From contig OY969554.1 of assembly GCA_963700985.1 (NCBI GenBank), positions 32,001 through 96,000 of the forward strand: 64,000 nucleotides of DNA, given 5' to 3'. Shown piece after piece: positions 9,639 to 17,600 of this stretch (position 1 is its first letter; each line of letters begins with the position of its first letter). The position numbers and the translations under genes are program-made. The notes beneath the pieces were generated by a model. The model worked only from the letters and a program-made list of their open reading frames with translations. It had not been told where the DNA came from and ran no database searches. This DNA is from an uncultured Chlamydiales bacterium (GTDB lineage: Bacteria; Chlamydiota; Chlamydiia; Chlamydiales; Rhabdochlamydiaceae).

Positions 9639-10952
9639 GTGGCAAGAAAAACTTTTGTAATCGATACGAACGTTCTGCTTCACGACCCGGATGCGATAAA
9701 TAAGTTTAAAGAGAATGACGTGGTAATTCCCTTAGCTGTTCTCGAGGAGTTGGATGGCATGAAACGTTTCTCAGATGAACTGGGAAAAAACGCCAGGCAG
9801 GTGATTCGTTTCATCGATAGTTTGAAAGCGCGGAATGCAGGAGCTTTGCATACTGGAGTGCAGATTGATAATGGCATTACTGTGCGCATCCACATAGAGA
9901 CAAAAGCGATGGAAAAGAGGAACTTTCCACTGCCAGTAGATCGAATAGATCATCGTATTTTGCTAGCTGCATTTCAAGCGCAAGAGGCGGGCCAAAAAGT
10001 TGTGCTGGTTTCTAAAGACTTCTTGATGCGGGTAAAGGCTGAAGCGATTGGCTTAGAAGCTGAAGATTATGAGGCGCTTAAATCTTCTTATGAAGGCATT
10101 TATAAAGGCTATCGAAAGCTAGATGTTCCAAAAAGGGATATCGATTCCTTTTTTAAAAATGGCTCGTTACCCATGGAGATCAAAGATTTACTCCCAAACG
10201 AATATTGCATTTTAACGTCGCCAGAGCAATCGACGGCCATTGGCAAATTCAACCCGATTTCACAGAACCTGGAACCATTGATTAAAATCTCACGGGATGT
10301 GTGGGGGATTTATCCGATTAACTCAGAACAGAAGTGCGCGCTTGATCTGCTGCTGCGCGACGATGTCAAACTGGTTACGCTCATCGGTCAAGCGGGGACA
10401 GGTAAGACCTTACTTGCATTGGCGGCGGGTTTGCGAAAAGTTTTTGATGAGGGGTTGTATACACGTATCTTGGTGAGCCGGCCTGTTATCCCTTTAGGTA
10501 AAGATATTGGATATCTTCCCGGCACAAAAGAGGAGAAGCTTTTTCATTGGATGCAGCCTATTTACGATAACTTGGAGTTTCTCTGCCATTCAACCACTGG
10601 CGAAAGCAATGGGGAAGAAACGCAGAAATGGATCATGGAGAGCAAAAAGATAGAAATGGAGGCGGTGACTTATATCCGCGGACGCTCTCTTCCGAAAATG
10701 TACATCATCATAGATGAGGCGCAGAACTTGACTCCGCATGAAGTGAAAACTGTCATCTCACGAGCAGGTCAAGGAACCAAGGTAATCCTTACTGGGGATG
10801 CTACACAAATTGATAATCCCTATTTAGATAAAGATTCGAATGCGTTGACTTATGTGGTTAATAAATTTAAAAACCACCCGTTATACGGCCATGTTTTCCT
10901 AGAGAAAACCGAGCGTTCAGAACTCGCTGCCTTAGCTGCAGAAGTGTTGTGA
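9639..10952 (+). CDS. phoH: PhoH family protein (PIN domain + PhoH ATPase)
   Basis: FVIDTNVLLHD PIN motif; GQAGTGKT; IGYLPG; YIRGRS; DEAQNLT; GTG start at 9639 after AGGAG. Confidence 0.92.
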   Translation: MARKTFVIDTNVLLHDPDAINKFKENDVVIPLAVLEELDGMKRFSDELGKNARQVIRFIDSLKARNAGALHTGVQIDNGITVRIHIETKAMEKRNFPLPVDRIDHRILLAAFQAQEAGQKVVLVSKDFLMRVKAEAIGLEAEDYEALKSSYEGIYKGYRKLDVPKRDIDSFFKNGSLPMEIKDLLPNEYCILTSPEQSTAIGKFNPISQNLEPLIKISRDVWGIYPINSEQKCALDLLLRDDVKLVTLIGQAGTGKTLLALAAGLRKVFDEGLYTRILVSRPVIPLGKDIGYLPGTKEEKLFHWMQPIYDNLEFLCHSTTGESNGEETQKWIMESKKIEMEAVTYIRGRSLPKMYIIIDEAQNLTPHEVKTVISRAGQGTKVILTGDATQIDNPYLDKDSNALTYVVNKFKNHPLYGHVFLEKTERSELAALAAEVL

Positions 10953-11061
10953 TTTACGATCTCTGGTTGTGAAAAAGGTTTTTTTATTTTATGTAGGTTA
11001 GGGTAACCCGCTGCATAAGAGTAATACACTCTAAGAGCTTCTTTAAAACCCGGAGAAGAAT

Positions 11062-11439
11062 ATGAATAAGAAATTAATGAACATGGCTCTTGGCCTCGGA
11101 GCTTGTGTTTGCCTGTTTTCTGGTGAACTATCAGCTTGGGAAAGATCTGCGATGAGCGATTGCAAACAGGATGAATCTGATTGCAAAAAAGAAGCGAAAG
11201 GCTGCACAGATGACAAAGGTACTTGCAAAAAGCAAGCTGAGCAGTGCAAAAAAGATGCAGAAGCCTGCAAAAAATCTGCACAAATATCAGATGAGACCTC
11301 ATTTATGAATGCGCTGTCTCCTTATTCAAAATCGCAATTTCAGAAATTTTCTCCTGATCAAAAGAAGAAAGCTATGGATATGGCTGATGGCGCAAAAATA
11401 TCACCAGATGATGCCGTTACAAAAGTTATGAAGAAATAA
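11062..11439 (+). CDS. Secreted cysteine-rich heptad-repeat protein
   Basis: GGAG RBS, signal peptide, six Cys at exact 7-residue spacing. Confidence 0.75.
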   Translation: MNKKLMNMALGLGACVCLFSGELSAWERSAMSDCKQDESDCKKEAKGCTDDKGTCKKQAEQCKKDAEACKKSAQISDETSFMNALSPYSKSQFQKFSPDQKKKAMDMADGAKISPDDAVTKVMKK

Positions 11440-11445
11440 TCTTCG

Positions 11446-11483
11446 ACTATCCGCATTTCTCTAAAAAGACAAATGCGGATAGT
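11446..11483 (+). terminator. Hairpin/terminator
   Basis: actatccgcattt...aaatgcggatagt 13 bp stem followed by atcttttct. Confidence 0.6.
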
Positions 11484-11522
11484 ATCTTTTCTGCTTGTCT
11501 TAACAAATTTGCTAGGGGGAAC

Positions 11523-12146
11523 ATGAAATACGTCTACGAATTCATTGGAACATTTTTTCTCGTCTTTACTGTTGGAATGGCGGTGCTCGAACCGAATAGT
11601 GCAGGCATATTGGCGCCAGTAGCAATCGGTTCTGTACTTGCTGTGATGGTGTTTGCCGGTGGGCATATCTCGGGTGGTCATTACAATCCAGCCGTATCAT
11701 TTTCAGTGTTTTTGCGCGGTAAATTGTCTGGAAAAGATTTGGGGATTTACTGGATCTCTCAAGGGCTTGCCGCCATCGCAGCTGGCTATCTAACCATTTA
11801 CTATAAAGGCTATCCATCCCAGACACTAATGCACTTGGATGCTGCCAAAGCGCTTTTAGCTGAATTCCTTTTCACCTTTGCGCTCTGCTATATGGTTTTG
11901 AATACCGCAACTGCCAAAGAGACAAAAGGCAACTCCTACTTTGGATTTGCAATTGGTTTTACGGTGCTGGTGGGAGCTTATGCCGTGGGTGCGATCTCCG
12001 GCGGGGCATTTAATCCAGCTGTTGCGTTGGGAATCACCATTGTGAATCTAACCGCTTGGTCTAATCTCTGGATCTTCTTGGTAGCCAACTTCTTAGGTGG
12101 TGCATCCGCTGCGCTTATTTTCAAGGCCGCTCATCCAAAAGAATAA
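11523..12146 (+). CDS. Aquaporin (MIP family)
   Basis: ISGGHYNPAV and SGGAFNPAV (two NPA boxes); six TM helices. Confidence 0.93.
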   Translation: MKYVYEFIGTFFLVFTVGMAVLEPNSAGILAPVAIGSVLAVMVFAGGHISGGHYNPAVSFSVFLRGKLSGKDLGIYWISQGLAAIAAGYLTIYYKGYPSQTLMHLDAAKALLAEFLFTFALCYMVLNTATAKETKGNSYFGFAIGFTVLVGAYAVGAISGGAFNPAVALGITIVNLTAWSNLWIFLVANFLGGASAALIFKAAHPKE

Positions 12147-12157
12147 AATAAGAAGAA

Positions 12158-12180
12158 AAGGGATGTTTGAAACATCCCTT
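12158..12180. terminator. Bidirectional terminator between convergent genes
   Basis: aagggatgttt-g-aaacatccctt palindrome with A/T-rich flanks. Confidence 0.65.
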
Positions 12181-12186
12181 ATTTTG

Positions 12187-12459
12187 TCAGCAGGGGAAGA
12201 ACCAAGATGCTATGCCAGCTGCAGCAATTTGTTTCAGATTCGCGTCGTCAAGCTCGCCGATATTTGATGGAGCAGGTGGAAGTACAAAAGTGAAATGACG
12301 CGCGTCGTCTTGCTGGATGCGCACTTCGCTGTTTTCAGGAATATTGTAACCCATTTCTTTTAGCGTTTCTGTTGGCTTGGCTATGAGTTTTTTGCGAAAA
12401 GCTGGATCTTTCCAAGCTTTAGCGATGATTTTGGCTCTAATTTCATCGTCTTTTGCCAT
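12187..12459 (-). CDS. NHLP leader peptide family RiPP precursor 1 (core IASWFFPC)
   Basis: IIAKAWKDPAFRKKL..P...L, FVLP, ELDD..L..IAAAG nitrile-hydratase-like leader; start at 12459 after AGGAG by homology to copy 3. Confidence 0.85.
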   Translation of the reverse strand: MAKDDEIRAKIIAKAWKDPAFRKKLIAKPTETLKEMGYNIPENSEVRIQQDDARHFTFVLPPAPSNIGELDDANLKQIAAAGIASWFFPC

Positions 12460-12665
12460 AAAGTTTCTCCTCATTAAGGGTTAGAAGCGTGTATGCCTCG
12501 GTGTAGCTAATCCTTCTATTTATATAAAGATATTTCAAATTTCAGCTTGGCCCCCTTTTTCCACGGTGGTGCTAATGCAGCGCTCATTTTCACGGCAGCT
12601 AGTTTCTAAAACACTTGCCATTTGTCCCCTCTTAGTTATTATGAAAAAAAACTAGGTGAGGATTT

Positions 12666-13859
12666 ATGCGACTTAATTTGGGCTCAATTGCATTCCTGTT
12701 TCTAACTTGCATGGGTCAAGTCGAAGCAGTAGAAGCCGCCGGAAATTCTCAAGCTAAACGGGTCGTATCCGAAATCTTATCTCAGGCCGATATTCAAATT
12801 GATGGCACGCGTAATTGGGATATCACCGTCCATAATGAAGCCTTTTATAACCGCGTTTTAAAAGATCAATCGCTAGGCTTTGGCGAAGCTTATATGCAGG
12901 GCTGGTGGGATAGCGAGGCGCTGGACGAGTGTATCTTTCGCATCTCAAGAGCTAATCTCGACAATAATATAAGACCGACCATGGCTATGCGCTGGGCTGT
13001 TCTCAAGGCTAAACTCTTCAATCAGCAGACAAAGAAAGGCAGCATGGAGGTCATCGACATTCACTATCAGCTGGGCAATGATCTTTTTGAGCTGATGCTC
13101 GATGAACTCATGACCTATAGTTGCGGCTATTGGAACAATGCAACCACTTTAGATGAAGCTCAACGCGCTAAGTATGATCTGATTGCACGTAAGCTTGGTT
13201 TTAAGCCTGGCATGCGTGTTCTCGACATCGGCTGCGGTTGGGGCGGTTTTTCTAAATTTATTGCCCAAAACTATGGCGTTGAAGTTCTGGCCATTACGCT
13301 TTCTGAAAACCAAGCCGAATATGCGCGCAAAGCTTGCGCGGGATTGCCTGTAGAGGTTCGCGTGCAAGATTATCGCGATGTGCAAGGCAAGTTCGATCGC
13401 GTGGTTGAGATCGGCATGTTTGAGCATGTAGGCGAGAAAAATTACCGCGAGTTTATGGAAATTACACATCGCTGCTTAGAGCCAGATGGCATGTTGATGC
13501 TGCATACCATTGGCACGAACGTCTCTTCTGTTACCTGCGAGGCGTGGATCGATAAGTATATTTTCCCAAAAGGGCACCTTCCCTCAATTGCTCAAGTAGG
13601 CACCTCTATCGAGGGGTTATATGTGATGGAAGATTGGCACAACTTTAGCACCGATTATGACAAGACCTTGATGGCCTGGTTTCAGAATTTTCATGAAAAC
13701 TGGGATCTGATCAAAGAATCCTATCCACCTGCGTTTTATCGGATGTGGAAGTATTATCTTCTCTCATGCGCAGGCGCGTTTCGCGCGAGACAGATCCAAC
13801 TCTGGCAAGTAGTTCTCTCCAAGGAAGGTGTTCTCGGCGGCTATAAAACCGTTCGATAA
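12666..13859 (+). CDS. cfa: Cyclopropane-fatty-acyl-phospholipid synthase (with N-terminal signal-like extension)
   Basis: LGFGEAYM, HYQLGNDLF, MTYSCGYW, VLDIGCGWGG, QDYRD, MFEHVG, WIDKYIFP, SCAGAFRAR. Confidence 0.92.
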   Translation: MRLNLGSIAFLFLTCMGQVEAVEAAGNSQAKRVVSEILSQADIQIDGTRNWDITVHNEAFYNRVLKDQSLGFGEAYMQGWWDSEALDECIFRISRANLDNNIRPTMAMRWAVLKAKLFNQQTKKGSMEVIDIHYQLGNDLFELMLDELMTYSCGYWNNATTLDEAQRAKYDLIARKLGFKPGMRVLDIGCGWGGFSKFIAQNYGVEVLAITLSENQAEYARKACAGLPVEVRVQDYRDVQGKFDRVVEIGMFEHVGEKNYREFMEITHRCLEPDGMLMLHTIGTNVSSVTCEAWIDKYIFPKGHLPSIAQVGTSIEGLYVMEDWHNFSTDYDKTLMAWFQNFHENWDLIKESYPPAFYRMWKYYLLSCAGAFRARQIQLWQVVLSKEGVLGGYKTVR

Positions 13860-13921
13860 CAACTCATTGGAGAGCGATAAAAGAATAAGTTATGTGTTTT
13901 ATCCTTGTTGTAAACAGATGC

Positions 13922-14203
13922 TTACATAGATAGATGTCCACATAGGACTTCGCCGCCAGCAGCCGCAACTCGCCTCAGGTTCGCTTCATCGAGTTCACCT
14001 ATGTTGGTTGGAGTAGCAGGAAGCACAAAAGTGAAATGACGCGCATCGTCTTCTTGAACACGAACTTCAATCTTATCAGAAATATTGTAGCCCATCTCTT
14101 TTAGCGTTTCTTTAGGCTTAGAGATGAGTTTTTTGCGAAAAGCTGGATCTTTCCAAGCTTTAGCGATGATTTTGCCTCTTAAATCTTCATTTTTTTTTGC
14201 CAT
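13922..14203 (-). CDS. NHLP leader peptide family RiPP precursor 2 (core EVLCGHLSM after AAAGG)
   Basis: Same leader motifs; ends VAAAGG plus a short core. Confidence 0.85.
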   Translation of the reverse strand: MAKKNEDLRGKIIAKAWKDPAFRKKLISKPKETLKEMGYNISDKIEVRVQEDDARHFTFVLPATPTNIGELDEANLRRVAAAGGEVLCGHLSM

Positions 14204-14255
14204 ATGGCCTCTCTTTGTTGAGTGTTTATTTCCTTTTTCAGAAAATCATTAATTT

Positions 14256-14543
14256 TTATAAATCAAGCCCGGTTGTGAAGGCGTGTTGTGCCTGGCCAGC
14301 CGCAGCAATTTTTAATAATTGCTCGTCGTTTAATTCTTTGATTTGAGTTGGAATAGGAGGCAATACAAAAGTGAAATGGCGCGCGTCATCTTCCTGGATA
14401 CGTACTTCCATATTATCTGCAATACTGGTGTAGCCCATCTCTCTTAGTGTCTCTTTAGGCTTAGAGATGAGTTTTTTGCGGAAAGCTGGATCTTTCCAAG
14501 CTTTAGCGATGATTTTGCCTCTTAAATCTTCATTTTTTGCCAT
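14256..14543 (-). CDS. NHLP leader peptide family RiPP precursor 3 (core QAQHAFTTGLDL)
   Basis: Same leader motifs; ELNDEQLLKIAAAG plus a short core. Confidence 0.85.
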   Translation of the reverse strand: MAKNEDLRGKIIAKAWKDPAFRKKLISKPKETLREMGYTSIADNMEVRIQEDDARHFTFVLPPIPTQIKELNDEQLLKIAAAGQAQHAFTTGLDL

Positions 14544-14637
14544 AAAGTTTCTCCTTTTTAGGGTTGTAGTGCATGCATACTTCGGTGTAGTTGATCTTTC
14601 TATTTCTATAAAGATATTTCGAATTTTTGCTTGACCC
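14544..14637 (-). repeat. Duplicated promoter/5' region shared by NHLP copies 1 and 3
   Basis: Clearly homologous to 12460-12553 (aaagtttctcct...cggtgtag...ttctattt.tataaagatatttc.aattt..gcttg.ccc). Confidence 0.8.
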
Positions 14638-14683
14638 TGCTTGATTTTTTGTTTACGGTCTTTCCGCTAAAATTCGAGATGCT

Positions 14684-17600
14684 ATGCGGAAATTTCTCTT
14701 TCTTTCCCTCATGTTTGCTGTGCGCGTAATGGCCGATCTTAAAGATCCCTCCGTGCTAGCAGCAACGGATGGCGATCCACAAGTTACAGTTAGCCAGCAT
14801 GTAAATGCATTAACAGGCGACTTTACGCGCTTTCAAGATGATTATGTCGTTCCTGGCATAGAGCCTATTTCCATTCGGCGCATCTATGTTAGTGGTGATG
14901 GCGCGGGGGAGAACACCTGGCAGTTTTTCCCTCAGACAAAGCTCTTTTTTCTCACAGGTTCTTATACGCCACGCATTGTGGTTGGTCAGCCCTCAGGATC
15001 TTTTCTCACTTATAAGTTTAAAAAGCATCGCAAGCCCGATATCTATTTGCCCGATCTAGAAAAGCATGGCAAAGGCGTTACGAATACAGCGCACGGAGTG
15101 ATTTCGGGACGGACGAATTTTAAAAATAGCAAGGTGGTTCAACTGCGCAACACGCTCTATCAGCTGACGTGTGCAGACGGCACCGAGAGGGTTTATAAGA
15201 ATAAAAAAGGAGAGGGCATAAAAAAATATCTATTAGAGCACGAGCGTCTGCCAAATCGAAATCAGATTTTCTACGAATATGACGATAAATTAAGACTCAC
15301 CTTAATCAAAACCACCAATCCATCCGCCAGTAAAATCTATGCATGGGCGCGTTTTCGCTACCTTGATCAGAAAGAGCCTTCTGCCGACTTCAACATCGAG
15401 ACGAGCGATGGGAAAGTGCTGGAATATCGTTTTGCGAAAGAAGGAAATGAGCAGATTGGGTTTCACACCTTTCTAAAATCGGTTAATCCTCCTGAAAAAC
15501 CAAAAGAGATCTTCGAATATTCGAAGACAGGTAATTTTATGAAAAAGATCTTTTTTCCTGAAGGAAGAGAGATTCTTGCCGATTATTATAAAGGTGGTAA
15601 AAACACCGTTCTTGGTCGAGATGTCAAGCTTAATCCCAATGACTCACGTAATGGGCGTGTTAAGATTCTCTACGAGCAAGTAGGCCCTAATAACGAACAG
15701 ATCGGCGCCAGCTATTTTTTCTATTCGATTCCCAGAGAAGAGAAGCATGGAGAGTATTTCTATAAAGAGGGGACAACAGAGGTTGTAGATGCAATGGGAT
15801 GTAAAACGATCTTTCGTTTTACCCCATCTTTTTATCCTACCTCCATTGAGAGCTATGATGAGCGTGGCCAGCATCATCATTCTGTGCAAATGACATGGAA
15901 TCACATCGGAGAAATCCAACGTAAAACACTTTTAGACGCAGATCGAAAGGAGGTTTGGACCCGCGAATTTTTCTATGATGAAAAAGGAAATGTGATCGAA
16001 GAGAGATTTAGCGGTGATCTCTGTGGCAGGGGGCAAAGAGAGACATACAGCAAGCGCATAAAATACACGCCTAACCATCTCCCAACTCGTATTGAGGAAG
16101 ATAATGGTTCAGTTACACTCTTTTCTTATCTTGCAGGCACGCCATTTATCACCGCGCAGCTTCAATGCGAGGGAGAGAAAATTCTGAAACGGGAGTTTCA
16201 TGAGTATGATGCAGATAATCTGCTGGTGCGTACGATTAGCGACGATGGCAATAGTTCTGAAAAGGAAAATCTAACTGCGGTTACCTACCGCAAGATCACA
16301 CAGATTCAGCGCAAGCAAGCAGCGCCAGCTCTCGGATTTCCCGAAGTAATCGAGCAGAGATATCTAGACCTAGCTTCCTCAACGGAGGTGCTGTTAAGTC
16401 GGCAGACTTTCACCTATCAAGGCGATGGCAAGCTGAGCCGACGAGATATTTATGATGCAGAGGGTAACTTTTGTTATAGCCTGCATACAAGCTATGACTC
16501 GATGGGGCGGCCATGCGAAGAGTCTAATCCTCTTGGCCAAATTCAAAAAACTAGATACGACGTTTTTGGAAACCCCACCTATCAAGAGAGCTTTAGTGGG
16601 CAGCTCACCACAGAACTTGTCTATGACAAAGCGAATCGTTTATCTCATGCTAAAGAGGTTGGTCGGGATGGCCTCATACATATCAATCAGTTTTCCTATG
16701 ACGTGAAGAGCCGAAAAACAGCTGCAATTGATCATTTTGGAAACATCACTCACTTCAAACTTAACCCGATTGGCAGCAGCCTAGAAACACATCTTCCTGA
16801 AGCTGCTCCCTGGAAGATGCAAACAACTTCTAACTTCGATGGATTAGGCAGAGAAATTGTAAAAATCGATGAGCGCGGAGATGCGACTAGATTTTCATAT
16901 AACGCCTATGGAAAACCCACGCGCATTCTCTATGCAGATGGTTCTGCCGAGCAGTTTTTTTATGATAAAAATGGAGCGTTAGCCGAAAAGCTTGATCAGC
17001 GTGGCAGCATTACAGCTTTTACATATGACGTATTTGGCCGAGAAGTAGAAAAGCGCATCTATGATGAAAAGCGTGCGCTGCTGATTCAAGAGACGAGCAA
17101 GTATAAAGGTGATCTGCTTGTGCAGCATGTAGATGCAGTTGGGCACGAGATGCGCTATCTATATGATTTCGCTGGCAGACAAATTGCTCAGGAAAATGAG
17201 TTTCAGCGCATTGAATATGCGTATGATGCCTTGGGGCGAAAGCGCAAGACTTTGACCTCAGATGGAAACCACACGCTTCACAGCATAAAAGAGTATGATT
17301 TCTTAGAGCGCGTGCTTGAAGAGCGTTGTGAAGATGACAGCGGCCAAGTTTTGAAAAGAGTTCTCTATGATTATGATGCAGCGGGCAATAAGTCTTGTAT
17401 TACGCGGTTCATGAGCGGTAGGGAAAGCCAAGAGCGTTTTTTCTACGATGCATTTAATCGCCTCATTGCACAAGTGGATGCCTCCGGTAATAAAACAACC
17501 ATAGAGCAAGATGAAACCTATCGAAATGCACAGACGCAGCAAGTCTTAAAAAAGATTACCACCGATGCGCGTGGCATGCACACCTATGAGACGTTTGATT

